Assembly (NCBI GenBank): GCA_963716745.1
Contig: OY970320.1
Coordinates: 608,001 to 672,000, forward strand
Direction: 5' to 3'
DNA length: 64,000 bases
Source of the DNA: an uncultured Gemmatimonadaceae bacterium
Lineage (GTDB): Bacteria > Gemmatimonadota > Gemmatimonadetes > Gemmatimonadales > Gemmatimonadaceae
In this document: in pieces, positions 36,374-51,674 of the stretch
Layout of the letters: every line of letters starts with the position of its first letter
Position numbering within the stretch: position 1 is the first letter of the stretch
Translations under genes and position numbers: made by a program
The notes under the pieces: generated by a model
Told to the model about the DNA's origin: nothing
The model's database searches: none
Seen by the model: only the letters and a program-made list of their open reading frames with translations

Positions 36374-36627
36374 CAGGCGGGCGCGAGAGAGTGTGGGGTG
36401 CGAGCCGTCGCGCGTCAAGCTCGAACGACGGTCCCTCTTGTGAGCGGCAGAGTGCTGCGGCTGTCGCGCAGCAGAGGAAGAGGTTTTCCGACCCCTTCGT
36501 GGAGTTGAGCGCCTCCTCTCGGCGTCGTGGTTCAATCCGCGACGCGCCGTGAACTTGCCGGTGAGATCGCCAACGCGCATCGTTCCTCGAGCGGACGAGC
36601 GCTTCCGGCCTCAGTCGAAGGATGCGA

Positions 36628-38733
36628 ATGACACGACGGCGCTCGACCTCCGGAACGGTTCGCGCGACGCCGGCGGCGGGAGGTCAGAAGAACGGACCGT
36701 CTACCTGGTGGGCGCGGGCGTTCGCGGTGTTCCTCGCCCTGTTCGGCCTCGTCCCGCTGTCGAATCTCCTGAGTGAGCAAACGCCAGACTCGTGGTATGG
36801 CGGCGCCGCACTGCTCTGGCTCATCCTCACTCTACTCACACTCGCGCTCGCCTTCGCGATCGCCGCGGCGTTCGGGCCGCGTCTCGACCACTGGATCGAC
36901 TCGCTCGAGAGCGTCGTTCTCGGGATCGACCCGCGCACGTTCGGCATCGCATGCGCCGCGCTAACGCTCCTCGTCTGCGCGGCGAGCGCACTGTACGCGT
37001 TCCCGCGCCACTGGCTTCCGACGGATGAAGCGTCCGCACTCTGGGAGGGCCGGCTGATCCTGTCAGGCCGTCTCTGGGTGCCGGAGGATCCGAATAGTCT
37101 GTTCTTTCCCGCCGGCAGCGCCGTGGTCCAGGGGCGCGCCTACGCGCAATACCCGATCGGCGGCCCGACGCTGCTAGCGCTGGGGGACGCGGCGCACGTC
37201 CGGTGGATCGTCGGCCCGCTCTTGTCTGGGATCATGGTGTTGGCGTTCTACCGCTTCGCGCGACAGGCGGTCGGCGAGGGGCTGGCCCGCGCAGTGACGA
37301 TCGGGATCGCACTCTCCGGCAGCATCGTGCTCATGGGTGCCACAGGCATGTCGCACGTTCCGTCATTGACGCTCATCATGATCGCCCTCGCCGCATTCCC
37401 CGTCTGGGCCGAGAGCGAGTCGAGGCGAAGCGTATTCGCGAGCGCCGCGGTGATCGGCGCGTGCATAGCAGGCGATCTCTTGTTCCGGCCATACGACGCG
37501 GTGCTGGCCGCGATCGTGATCGGCGCGTTCCAATTGGCGATGATCCGTCGATCACGAGACCGCGTCGCGTCACTGGTGGTTCAGTTTCTGGGTGGCCTGC
37601 CGCTGCTCGCGCTGACGCTTGCCGCGAACACGGCGATCACCGGCCACCCATTCGTATTCGGCTATGAGGCCGTGTACGGAAACCAGCACGATCCGGGATT
37701 CCACATGTCGCCGAGCGGATTCGAGCACACACCGCTCCGCGGCGTAATGCTCGCGTCCTCCTATCTGCTCGAACTCAATCATTCCCTGCTCTACTCGCCC
37801 ATTCCCGCGCTGCTGTTGGTGGTGGTCGGGCTCTTGGCCATGCGGCGGGTGACGCGTTGGGATCTGCTCAGTTGGAGCATGATCCTTTCGTTCGTCATCG
37901 GCTATGGCGCGTACTGGTACGACGGCCGAATGTTCGGCCCGCGGTTCCTGTATCCGACGGTACCTCTCTTCATCCTCCTCGCCGTGCGGGCGCCGGCGGC
38001 GATCGCGGACCGCCTCGCCGGCGCGGCAGCACGCGCGATGTGGCTCGTGATCCCGCTCTGCCTTGTGTACGCGTGGTGCCTGCCCGGCGCGCGGTTCTCG
38101 TTGACCACACTCACCGCGTCGTTGCACGCGAGCGCTCTTCACGAGGAGATCGACCTCGAGCGCGTCACCGAGGATGCCGGCGCCCATCACGCGATCGTCT
38201 TCGTGCCGGTGAGATGGTCGGACCGGCAGATGGCGCGGCTGCTGGGCCTTCACATCGACCTGGCGAGCGCGCAGCAGATACACCGTTTCGCGGATGCGTG
38301 TGACCTGGAGCATGCGCTCGATCGCGAAATGACGCTGCCCGGCGATCCCGCCGCGCGGGTTGCTCGCATCGTGGCCGCGACGCGCGCGGCGGACGCGGCG
38401 CCGCAGATCAAGGACTCGATCCGGGGAGACTCGCCACGTTTGCGCACGACCGACTCTCTCCCAGCCGATTGCGCGGCCGAGCACGCTGGCGACAGCGTGA
38501 GAGCGATACCCTTTGACTACGTGCTGCCGCTCGCGACTTATGACCGCGCCGGGATAGTGACGGGCGACGTGATATTTGCGCGCGACATGGGCGGCCGGTT
38601 GAACGAGGAACTGCGGAGCCGCTTCCACGATCGCACCTGGTATCTCATGCGGCGCGCCGCCGCTCCGGGCGGCGGGATCCTGGTTCCCTACCCGGCCCCG
38701 CCTACGGGTACTGGTATCTCCAGCTCGCCGTGA
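36628..38733 (+). CDS. Polytopic membrane GT-C-fold glycosyltransferase-like protein (ArnT/PMT-like)
   Basis: Many TM segments, a loop DE motif (LPTDEAS), YAQYPIG, FRP and GPRFLYP, followed by a soluble C-terminal domain. Start may be 36622. Confidence 0.7.
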   Translation: MTRRRSTSGTVRATPAAGGQKNGPSTWWARAFAVFLALFGLVPLSNLLSEQTPDSWYGGAALLWLILTLLTLALAFAIAAAFGPRLDHWIDSLESVVLGIDPRTFGIACAALTLLVCAASALYAFPRHWLPTDEASALWEGRLILSGRLWVPEDPNSLFFPAGSAVVQGRAYAQYPIGGPTLLALGDAAHVRWIVGPLLSGIMVLAFYRFARQAVGEGLARAVTIGIALSGSIVLMGATGMSHVPSLTLIMIALAAFPVWAESESRRSVFASAAVIGACIAGDLLFRPYDAVLAAIVIGAFQLAMIRRSRDRVASLVVQFLGGLPLLALTLAANTAITGHPFVFGYEAVYGNQHDPGFHMSPSGFEHTPLRGVMLASSYLLELNHSLLYSPIPALLLVVVGLLAMRRVTRWDLLSWSMILSFVIGYGAYWYDGRMFGPRFLYPTVPLFILLAVRAPAAIADRLAGAAARAMWLVIPLCLVYAWCLPGARFSLTTLTASLHASALHEEIDLERVTEDAGAHHAIVFVPVRWSDRQMARLLGLHIDLASAQQIHRFADACDLEHALDREMTLPGDPAARVARIVAATRAADAAPQIKDSIRGDSPRLRTTDSLPADCAAEHAGDSVRAIPFDYVLPLATYDRAGIVTGDVIFARDMGGRLNEELRSRFHDRTWYLMRRAAAPGGGILVPYPAPPTGTGISSSP

Positions 38734-40316
38734 GCTTCACCAACAGGTAGTCCTTTGAATCCGTCGGCTGGTTGTTCACGTTCGAGATGCGCGCATCGCC
38801 CACTTCGAGCGTGATCGGGAACTCGCTCATCGAGCCACGCGGCGCTCAGCCCGCCGATGAGCGAATGCTGCACATCGGGCCGCAGCGCGGTGGTATCGGG
38901 GAACGGGTCGCCCGCGTGGCCCGTGCGGTTGATCGGCGGGCGCTCATTGAGCCGCTGCGATCCGCGCTCCCACCAACCGCCGGTCGCGGCGAAACGCAGG
39001 CGCGCCGACGTCATCACTTCGAACGTGCCGAGCACCGTCTCCGCGTCGGGACCCAGGCTCGAGCCGAGCGGTGCGTCGAAGTTCTGGTAGATCTTCGCGT
39101 ACGTCTCCTGCCCCACATAGGTGAAGCTCTGCACCTTCTGCCAATTGATCGAGATGCTGCTCGCCATCGCGAGCCGGATCGGATAACTCGCGCCGAGGGT
39201 CCACGCGAGCTGGTTGGGATAGATCTGCTTGTCGTTCGCGTCAAGCTGATAATCGTCCACGAGCAGTTCGCCGGTGAGCGATGCTTTGCCGAGCGTCGCG
39301 CGCGCCGAGAAGAAGCCGGTGAGGTTCGCGTCGCCCTCGCCGGCCTGGTTGGTCTCGTGCTGCGTGGTCTGGTACGGCATGATCGGATTGAGGTACGCCC
39401 AGTCGAGTCCGCCGGTCGTGCGCGGCACGAGCGCGGTCTCGCCAAGCGTGAGCTCCACGCTCCGCACCGGCCAGAACGTGATGGCGTGCGCATATAGTGT
39501 GCGGAGCCACTTCTGCGACGCGGGCACGCTGTCGAGCAGCGGATCGAGGTTCACGTCGCTCAGCTGCCCAACGAAGCTCATGAACTCCCACTGGCGCAGT
39601 CGCAGGGCGAATCCGAAGTGGTCGATCGGCGGACCCACCGCGCTCAGCGCGAGCGACTGGGTGCCGTCGCCCATCCAGGCCACGGGCTCGCGGCCGAAGA
39701 AGAAGAACGCCGGCCCGGCGCGCGCGGTGAAATACGCTTCATCGGATCCAATGACGCCCGAACCGTGACGGAAGGCTTCCTGCCGGATCGTTGGATCGTC
39801 GCGTACGCCCGTTTGCGCGAAGAGTTCCGACACGGCGACGAAATGTTCGCCGCCGTTGAACGTGAGCCGCGCCGCCGCGTATCCGACCGCGGGCTGCGGG
39901 CCGGAATCCACCGGACGCACGTCCCGCCAGAGCGGCGCGACGGTGCCGTTCGTCTCGCCGGTGGCGCGCAGCGAGATGACGGAACCGAAGCGCAGGCGAC
40001 TTCCCGCGGTATCGTGCACCCATCCCGTGTCGCGCGTGAACCGCGCCGTGAGCAATTCGAGGATCGGCCCCTGGCAATTCTTCTCGTCGTGCGCCGCGAT
40101 GAGCGCCTCACGCACCGCGAGCGTGATGTACGGCCGGTACGGCGACAGCCGCGCCGCCACGCACCCCTGCCGCATGAGCGCGTCGAGCTGCACGTACATG
40201 GGATCATCCAGCGGGATGGACACGAGCGGATGTTGCGCAGCGCCGGCGCTCGCGCCGGCGCTCAGAAGTATCCATACGCCAGACGCCACACACGCCCGTG
40301 CTGTTGCCCGCATCAC
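38702..40316 (-). CDS. Capsule assembly Wzi-like outer-membrane protein (apparent +1 frameshift near 38823)
   Basis: Signal peptide, IPLDDPMY..LD.L, GRE...W.G....SL.LS, ELTLGET, ELLVDD and PLG..LGPD. The corrected C-terminus ends ...ASWRYQYP at TAG 38702. Confidence 0.62.
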
Positions 40317-42281
40317 ATTGCCTCGCGACTTGGAGCCCTGACCTCACCAGATACCCGATCGCGCACCCTCGCCAGCAACGCCGACTGCGGCAGGTACTCG
40401 GGTACGAGCACTTGCAACGTACGGAGCAGCTTCCGGTCATCGTGCGATTCCAGCGCCTCCCACAATTCGGCCAGCCCCGCCTCGAGCGGCACCGGTGCGT
40501 CCGTTTGCACGATGCGGATCTTCTTGTAGCGCGTGGGGAGCGTAGCTTCGCTCTCATCAGTGAGCTGCTCGTGCAGTTTCTCCCCCGGGCGCAGGCCGGT
40601 GAAGATGATCGGGATGTCCACGTCGGGCTCGAGCCCCGACAGCCGGATGAGATTCCGCGCGAGGTCGATGATCCGCACGGGCTCGCCCATCTCCAGCATC
40701 ACGATCTTGTCGCGCGCTTCATCCAGCGCAGAAGCCTGGAGCACGAGCTTCACCGCCTCGGGAATGGTCATGAAATAGCGCGTCGCATCCGGATGCGTCA
40801 CGGTCACGGGGCCGCCGTCGGCGATCTGGTTCGCGAACAGCGGCACCACCGACCCATTGCTGCCCGAGCACGTTGCCGAACCGCACGACCACGAAATGCT
40901 GCCCCGCGCTGCGATTCAGCGAGAGCACGATCTTCTCGGCGAGCCGCTTCGTGGCGCCCATCACGTTGCTCGGACTCACGGCCTTGTCGGTGCTCACCAT
41001 CACGAACTTCGCGCCGTGCTCGGCCGCCGCCGACGCGATGATCCGCGTGCCGAACACATTGTTGTGCACGGCGTGCGGGAGGTGGTCCTCCATGAGCGGC
41101 ACGTGCTTGAACGCCGCCGCGTGGAACACCACCTGGGGGCGCACCTCGCGGAAGAATCGCCCGATGTCCGCGCTGTCGCGCACGTCGCACAGCACGGCGC
41201 GCACCGAGAGGTTCGGGTGCCGGCGCCGCAGTTCCTGCTCGATCAAATACAGCGAATTCTCGCTCCGATCCACCAGCGAGATCTCGGCGGGATCGAAGGT
41301 CGCCACCTGACGCGCGAGCTCCGCGCCGATCGAGCCGCCGCCGCCCGTGATCAGCACGCGGCGCCCGGTGATGTCCACGCGCACCACTTGGGAATCGAGC
41401 TCCACGGGATCGCGGCCGAGCAGGTCTTCGACGCGCACCGGGCGCAGCTGGCTGACCAGCACGCGCCCTGAGAGCGCCGCGATCGCGGGCAGGATCTTGA
41501 AGGGGAGCCGCAGCGCCAGGCACCGGTTCACGATCGCCTGGATCGTCTCGCGCGAGGCCGACGGGATCGCGATGATGAGTTCGTCGGCCGGATGCGCCGC
41601 GAGCACGCCCGCGAGATTCGCGGTGAGCCCGATCACGGCGACGCCATGGATCTGGAAGCCCGTCTTGCGCGGATCATCATCCACGAAGCCCACGGGCTCG
41701 TATCCGAGCCGCGGATTGTTCTGGATCTCGCGCAGCAGCAACTCACCGGCATCGCCGGCGCCGATGATCAGCACGCGCCGCTTGCGCACGCCGTCGGCCC
41801 GCGGCCGGCGGCTCTCGCGCAGGGCGCGCAGGGTGAAGCGTGCGCCGCCGATCATCATCATCGTGAGCACCGCGTCGATGAAGATCACCGAACGCGGGAA
41901 CGCGAGCGCACGCCCGAGCAGCACCAGCGCCGCGGCGAAGAGGATGCTGCTCGAAAGCACGGCCTTGAGCAGTGCGTACAGATCGCGCATGCCCACGTAG
42001 CGCCACCAACCGCTGTAGAGCTGGTAGTAGGCGAACGCGCTCGCCCGCATGAGCAGCAACGGGGCGAGCGTGGTCCAGAACGTGATCAGGTCCGCCGGCG
42101 GGATCCGGAAATCGAAGCGCAGTGCGAACGCCAGCCAGTAGCTGACGGCCACAAGGAGGAGCTGGAGCCCGACCACGAGCGCGCGGCGCACATGGAAGCC
42201 GAGCCCGAGCAGCGGGAACGCGCGCTCGGGCGCATCTCCGCTCTCCGGCGTGGCCACTACGGGGGCATCGGCTTGGGTCAT
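40313..42281 (-). CDS. Membrane-anchored nucleotide-sugar 4,6-dehydratase (CapD/PglF/WbpM family; +1 frameshift near 40863)
   Basis: Four TM segments, IGAGDAG, EDLLGR, TGGGGSIG, HAAAFKHVP, STDKAV, RFGNVLG|SNGSVVP and RYFMTIPEA...GLRPGEKL. Confidence 0.92.
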
Positions 42282-42371
42282 GACGCGGCTCCCTCCGTCG
42301 GGCCCGCCGGCAAGCGTTGAGCGTATGTCATGCGCTCATTCGACGCACGCCGGCGCGCCGTTGTCACTGGG

Positions 42372-43484
42372 TCAGCGTCCGAAGAATTCGCGTACGGCCG
42401 CGATCGTCTCGTTCTGCTGCGAGCGGGTCAGTTCCGGATACACCGGCAGCGACAGGACCTCCTTCGCGGCCAGCTCCGAGTGCGGGAACGTGCCCGCCTT
42501 GACGCCAAGATACGCAAAGCATTTCTGCAAGTGCAATGGCAGCGGATAATAGACCGAATTGCCGATCCCTTTCGACTTGAGATGGGCCTGCAACTCGTCG
42601 CGCCGCGGGACACGGATCGTGTACTGGTTGTAGATCGATTCGTTGTTCGGATCGATCACGGGCGTGCGGATGTCCGCGGTTCCCTTGAACGCCTCGTTGT
42701 AGTACGCCGCGTGTTCCCGGCGCGCCGCGCTCCACGCGGCCAGGTGCCCCATCTTCGCGAGCAGCACCGCCGCCTGCAGCGCGTCGAGCCGGCTGTTGTA
42801 TCCCACTTCGTCATGGAAGTAGGTGGTGGTCGCGCCGTGCGTGCGGAGCTTGAAGAGGCGCGCGGCGATCGCGTCGTCCTGCGTGACCATCATGCCGCCG
42901 TCGCCGTAGCCGCCCAGGTTCTTCGACGGGAAGTACGAGAAGGTGCCGATCGTCGCGCGCTCGCCCGCCATGGTCCACTTGCCGTCGATCTTTCGCCGCG
43001 CACCGATCGTTTGCGCAGCGTCCTCGATGAGCGGCAACCCCGGCATCGCCGCGAGATACTGCTCGATCGGCGCCATCTGGCCGAACAAGTCCACCGGCAT
43101 GATGGCCTTCGTCTTCGACGTCACGGCCGCCTTGGCGGCCGCCACCGAGAGATTGAACGTGTCGGGCTCGATGTCCGCGAACACCGGCGTCGCACCCGCG
43201 TTGTGAATGGTGCCCGCGGTCGCGAAGAAGGTGAACGGCGTTGTGATCACCTCGTCGCCCCGTCCGATGTCCAGCGCCTTGATGGCGAGCAGGAGCGCGT
43301 CGGTGCCGCTCGCGCATCCGATCGCATGCTTGGTCTTCGACAATTCCGCCGTCGCCTTCTCCAGCGCGGCGACCGGCTTGCCCAGGATGAACAGCTGATC
43401 GTCCACCACCTGCATCATCGCCTGCACGATCTCGTCGCGGATCGTGGCGTGCTGGGCCTTTAGATCGAGCAGAGGGACTGGCAT
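42372..43484 (-). CDS. DegT/DnrJ/EryC1/StrS aminotransferase
   Basis: VPLLDL, ASGTDAL, IEDAAQ, SYFPSKNLGGYGDGG and NSRLDALQAA. Confidence 0.94.
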   Translation of the reverse strand: MPVPLLDLKAQHATIRDEIVQAMMQVVDDQLFILGKPVAALEKATAELSKTKHAIGCASGTDALLLAIKALDIGRGDEVITTPFTFFATAGTIHNAGATPVFADIEPDTFNLSVAAAKAAVTSKTKAIMPVDLFGQMAPIEQYLAAMPGLPLIEDAAQTIGARRKIDGKWTMAGERATIGTFSYFPSKNLGGYGDGGMMVTQDDAIAARLFKLRTHGATTTYFHDEVGYNSRLDALQAAVLLAKMGHLAAWSAARREHAAYYNEAFKGTADIRTPVIDPNNESIYNQYTIRVPRRDELQAHLKSKGIGNSVYYPLPLHLQKCFAYLGVKAGTFPHSELAAKEVLSLPVYPELTRSQQNETIAAVREFFGR

Positions 43485-43540
43485 TCTCGTGAGGGCTGGA
43501 GTTCGGGGCTGCGGAAGTTTGACGCGGGGACCGTCAGCCG

Positions 43541-46767
<3,227 letters not shown>

Positions 46768-46784
<17 letters not shown>

Positions 46785-47730
46785 GGATCAACTCATCGAT
46801 GAGAGTGTCGAGCGGCCGCTCCGGCGTCCATCCGGTGGCGGCACGCAGCTTCGAAGCATCGCCCACGAGCGCGGGCACATCCACGGGGCGCTGGAGCGCC
46901 GGATCGGGCTGCAACATGGCCTGCACGCCGGCGCGCGCGAGCACGAGCCGCGCGAGTGCGGCGACATCCGTGCCCACGCCGCTCGCGATGTTGTACGCCT
47001 CACCCGGCGCGCCGCGCTCGGCGAGCAGCACGTATGCGCGCGCGACATCCGCCACGTGCGAGAAATCGCGCACCGGCGTCATGTTCCCTACTGGCACCAC
47101 GTTCGCGCCGCTCGCCTTCGCTGCGATCGCCCGCGCGACGAGCGCCGGCAGCAGGAACTGCGCCGACTGCCCCGGGCCGCTGTGATTGAACGCACGCACG
47201 GCGATCACCCGCACGCCGGCGCTGCGATGCGCCTCGAGTGCGAGCACCTCCTGCGCCGCCTTGCTCGCCGCGTACACGCTGAGCGGCCGCTGCTTCGTGG
47301 TCTCGCGCAGCGGCACATCGGCGGAGTCGTGCCGCCCGTACTGCTCGCCGCTGCCGGCAATGATCACCACCGGATCGAGCGTGCCCGCCGCGCGCCGCAC
47401 GCGCAGGTCGCCGAGCAGACGCGCGGCGGCGCCGACGTTCACGTCCACCGCCGCGCCCGGATCCTTGTCGGCCGCGGGCACGAACGCGACGCCGGCGAGA
47501 TGGAACACCATGTCCGGCTTGGACGCCTCGAGCGCGCCGCGCACGTCGTCCATGCGCGTCACGTCGCAGCTGCGCCAGGTCACGGCTCTCTTCTCGTCCG
47601 AGGTGAGCGCACCGGCCGGCACGTCGCCGCCCAGCGCGGTGCCGGTCACGGCAATGCCCTGGCGCAGCAGCTCGTGACAGAGCCACTGGCCGACGAATCC
47701 GGCCGCGCCGGTCACCAGCGCGCGGCGCAT
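46768..47730 (-). CDS. GDP-6-deoxy-D-lyxo-4-hexulose reductase (Rmd)-like SDR
   Basis: [29 protein letters not shown] and RDFSHVADV. Adjacent to gmd. Confidence 0.78.
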
Positions 47731-47732
47731 GC

Positions 47733-48785
<1,053 letters not shown>

Positions 48786-48803
48786 CTATTCGCGCCGGTC
48801 GCA

Positions 48804-49016
48804 TCACGCGACGGGGACCCCGCGCGGCGCGCGCTGGATCTTGCCGGCCGCGAGACAGCGGGTGCAGACCTTGATCTTGGTGATCTTGCCGTCGACGAGG
48901 ATGCGCGCGACCTGGAGGTTCGGCTTCCAGACCCGGCGCGTCCGGTTATTGGCGTGCGAGACGTTGTTCCCGAAGGTCACGCCCTTCTTGCACACGTAGC
49001 AACACTTGCTCTGCAT
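48804..49016 (-). CDS. rpmB: 50S ribosomal protein L28
   Basis: [24 protein letters not shown]...VCTRC. Confidence 0.96.
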   Translation of the reverse strand: MQSKCCYVCKKGVTFGNNVSHANNRTRRVWKPNLQVARILVDGKITKIKVCTRCLAAGKIQRAPRGVPVA

Positions 49017-49019
49017 GGG

Positions 49020-49376
49020 TCAGCCCTCGATCAGCTCGATGCGCGCCATCTCGGCGCCGTCACCCTTGCGGTGACCGATCTTCAGGATGCGGGTGTAGCC
49101 GCCGGCGCGCGTCTTGAAGCGCGGGCCGATCTCGGTGAACAGCTTGTCGCCCAGGTCGCGCTGCTGCACATGACGGCCGGCGAGGCGGCGCGCATGCAGC
49201 GTGCCGGTCTTGGCCTTCGTGATCAGCTTCTCGACGAACGGACGGAGCTCCTTGGCCTTCGCCTCGGTGGTCTCGATCGCGCCGTGCTCGATGAGCGCGG
49301 ACGCGAGCCCGCGCATGAGCGCGAGCTTCTGTTCGCCGGTGCGGCGGAGCTGACGGCCTGCCTTCTGATGGCGCAT
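49020..49376 (-). CDS. rplQ: 50S ribosomal protein L17
   Basis: MRHQKAGRQL, IETTEAKAKELR and GGYTRILK...RKGDGAEMA.IEL. Confidence 0.97.
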   Translation of the reverse strand: MRHQKAGRQLRRTGEQKLALMRGLASALIEHGAIETTEAKAKELRPFVEKLITKAKTGTLHARRLAGRHVQQRDLGDKLFTEIGPRFKTRAGGYTRILKIGHRKGDGAEMARIELIEG

Positions 49377-49382
49377 GGTGCT

Positions 49383-50448
49383 CTACTCCTCGTCGTCTGG
49401 TGCGGCGGCGGCGGCGCGGCTCGGCGGCGTGCCCCAATCGGTGACGCGCACGCCCTCGGCGCCTTCCTCGTACCGCATGCCGAAGTTCAATCCTTCACGC
49501 TCGAGGAGCGTCGCGATCTCCTGCAGCGACTTCTTCCCGAAATTCTTCACCTGCAGCATTCTGCGTCTCGGTCTGGCGCACGAGGTCGCCCAGCGTGCGG
49601 ATGTCCGAGTTCTTGAGCGAGTTCACCGAACGCACCGACAGCTCGAGCTCGTCGATCGGCGTCAGGAGCAGCGTCGCGAGACGGTGTCCGTCGCCCGAGT
49701 GGTCGCCCTCGACGCCGGCCACGCCCTGCGAGTGCGAACCGAAGTTCGCGAAGAACTGGAAGTGCGTCTGCGCCAGCGCGGCCGCGTAGCTCACGGCCTC
49801 TTCCGGCGTCAGCGTGCCGTTCGTCTCGACGGTGAGCGTGAGGCGGTCGTAGTCCGTCCGCTGGCCGACGCGGGTCTCGGCGACCGCGAAGTTCACGCGG
49901 CGCACCGGATTGTAGATCGCATCGATGCGCACGAGGTCGATCGGCAGGCCGCGGTCGGCGGGATGCTGGTCGCTCTCGAGGTAACCGCGCCCCTTGTTCA
50001 CGTAGAGCTCGATGTTCAGCTCGCGGTCATCCTGCAGCGTGAGGATGTGGTGCGAGGGATCGATGACCCGCGCCGCGCCGCTCTCCTCGATGTCGCGCGC
50101 CGTGACCGCGCCCGTGCCGTTCTTGCGGATCTTCAGCACCGTCTCGTCCACGTCGTCCGCGAGGACGAGCGTGAGCGTCTTCAGGTTGCCGATGATCTGG
50201 TGCACATCCTCGACGACGCCGGGGATGGTCTGGTGCTCGTGCAGCACGCCGTCGATGCGGAAGCCCCACACCGCCGAGCCGCGGAGCGACGAGAGCAGCA
50301 GGCGACGCATCGCGTTGCCGAGCGTGTGGCCGTAGCCGCGCTCCAGAGGCTGGACCCGGAATTCCGCGACGTTCGGACTGTCGTCCCGCTTCGTCGCCTC
50401 AACTACCTGCGGGCGAACCAGGCCCGTAAGATCGATCGCTTGCGCCAT
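49383..50448 (-). CDS. rpoA: RNA polymerase alpha subunit (apparent +1 frameshift near 49559)
   Basis: PLERGYGHTLGNAMRRLLLSS and LELSVRSVNSLK. Removing one base restores QMLQVKNFGKKSLQEI, ending at TAG 49383. Confidence 0.97.
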
Positions 50449-50464
50449 GCTTGGATTCCTCGAA

Positions 50465-50573
50465 TGGTCAGACCGGGAGAGCCCGGCCACGCTTCACCTC
50501 GCCTCTGATGCGCGGTGAACCCGTACGGGGATCAGAGCCCCGACCAGTGCAGCGGCACGCCGGAGCGCGCCGC
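50465..50573 (-). promoter_or_regulatory. Candidate structured cis-regulatory RNA upstream of rpoA (kissing-loop multibranch structure)
   Basis: Stems UGGUC/GACCA, GGGG/CCCC (loop CUCUGAU), UUCACC-CGC/GCG-GGUGAA (loop AUCAGAG) and GGCCGGG/CCCGGUC, plus an upstream cUCCGg hairpin. Ends 3 nt before the GAGGA Shine-Dalgarno. Confidence 0.6.
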
Positions 50574-50588
50574 ACCAATGCAACCGGA

Positions 50589-51221
50589 TTACTTGCTGTA
50601 CAACTCGACGATCAACTGCTCCTGCGCTGCGATCGGGATGTCCGTGCGGCTGGGCTTCTCGAGCATCTTGCCGCTGAACGTGTCCTTGTCCACGGCGATC
50701 CACGAGAGCGGCACGCCGCGTCCCGCCTGCTCCATCGCCTGGATCACGGACACCTGTTCGCGCGACGCCGGACGCACCCGCACTTCCTCGCCGGGACGCA
50801 CGAGATAGCTCGGGATGTCCACCTGCTTGCCCTTCACCTCAATGTGCCGGTGCCGGATGAGCTGGCGCGCGGCCTTGCGGCTCGCAGCGAATCCCATGCG
50901 GTAGACGATGTTGTCGAGGCGGCTCTCGAGCGCGCCGAGCAGGTTGTGCCCGGTGATGCCGGGGAGCTTGGACACGCGCACGAACGTGTTGCGGAACTGC
51001 AGTTCGCTCACGCCATACATGCGCTTCACCTTCTGCTTCTCACGCAGCTGCTTCGCGTACTCGCTCGCCTTGCGGCGGCGCGCGGTGCTCTGGCCGTGCT
51101 GGCCGGGCGCGTACGGACGGCGCTCGACCGGGCACTTCTCGGTGAAGCACTTGGTGCCCTTCAAGAAGAGCTTGGTGCCTTCGCGGCGGCACTGGCGGCA
51201 GCTGGGACCCGTATAGCGCAT
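50589..51221 (-). CDS. rpsD: 30S ribosomal protein S4
   Basis: YTGPSCRQCRREG, PGQHG, QLREKQK and LESRLDNIVYR. Confidence 0.98.
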   Translation of the reverse strand: MRYTGPSCRQCRREGTKLFLKGTKCFTEKCPVERRPYAPGQHGQSTARRRKASEYAKQLREKQKVKRMYGVSELQFRNTFVRVSKLPGITGHNLLGALESRLDNIVYRMGFAASRKAARQLIRHRHIEVKGKQVDIPSYLVRPGEEVRVRPASREQVSVIQAMEQAGRGVPLSWIAVDKDTFSGKMLEKPSRTDIPIAAQEQLIVELYSK

Positions 51222-51224
51222 CGG

Positions 51225-51617
51225 TCAGACCCTCCGGCGCTTCGGCGGACGGCACCCGTTGTGCGGGATGGGCGTCACGTCACGGATCGACTTGATCTGC
51301 AGACCGGCGGCGGCGAGCGCCTGGATGGCGGACTCGCGGCCGCTGCCCGGGCCCTGCACGCGCACATGGAGGCGCTTCACGCCGAGGTCCTTCGCTTCCT
51401 TCGCGCACATCTCGGCGGCGACGGTCGCGGCGAACGGCGTGGACTTCTTGGAGCCCTTGAACTGCGCCTTGCCCGACGACGCCCACGCGACGGTATTGCC
51501 GTGCATGTCCGTGATCGTGATGAGCGTGTTGTTGAAGGTCGCGTTCACGTGCGCGATCCCTTCGGATTCGACGGCACGCTTCGCCTTCTTGGGAGCGCCG
51601 GGTTTTGCGGTTGCCAT
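51225..51617 (-). CDS. rpsK: 30S ribosomal protein S11
   Basis: [23 protein letters not shown] and [18 protein letters not shown]. Confidence 0.98.
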   Translation of the reverse strand: MATAKPGAPKKAKRAVESEGIAHVNATFNNTLITITDMHGNTVAWASSGKAQFKGSKKSTPFAATVAAEMCAKEAKDLGVKRLHVRVQGPGSGRESAIQALAAAGLQIKSIRDVTPIPHNGCRPPKRRRV

Positions 51618-51674
51618 GCTGTGCGAGCCTCTAGATCGGTAGTCGGAGAAAGCGGAGAATGCGGAGCGCCGCGA

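Noticed and set aside
42300..42360. Hairpin TGAGCGTATG/CATGCGCTCA after the DegT gene as a family B copy
   Set aside because: It shares only GCGTATG, and lacks the GGTAC core and long spacer. Treated as an ordinary intergenic hairpin.
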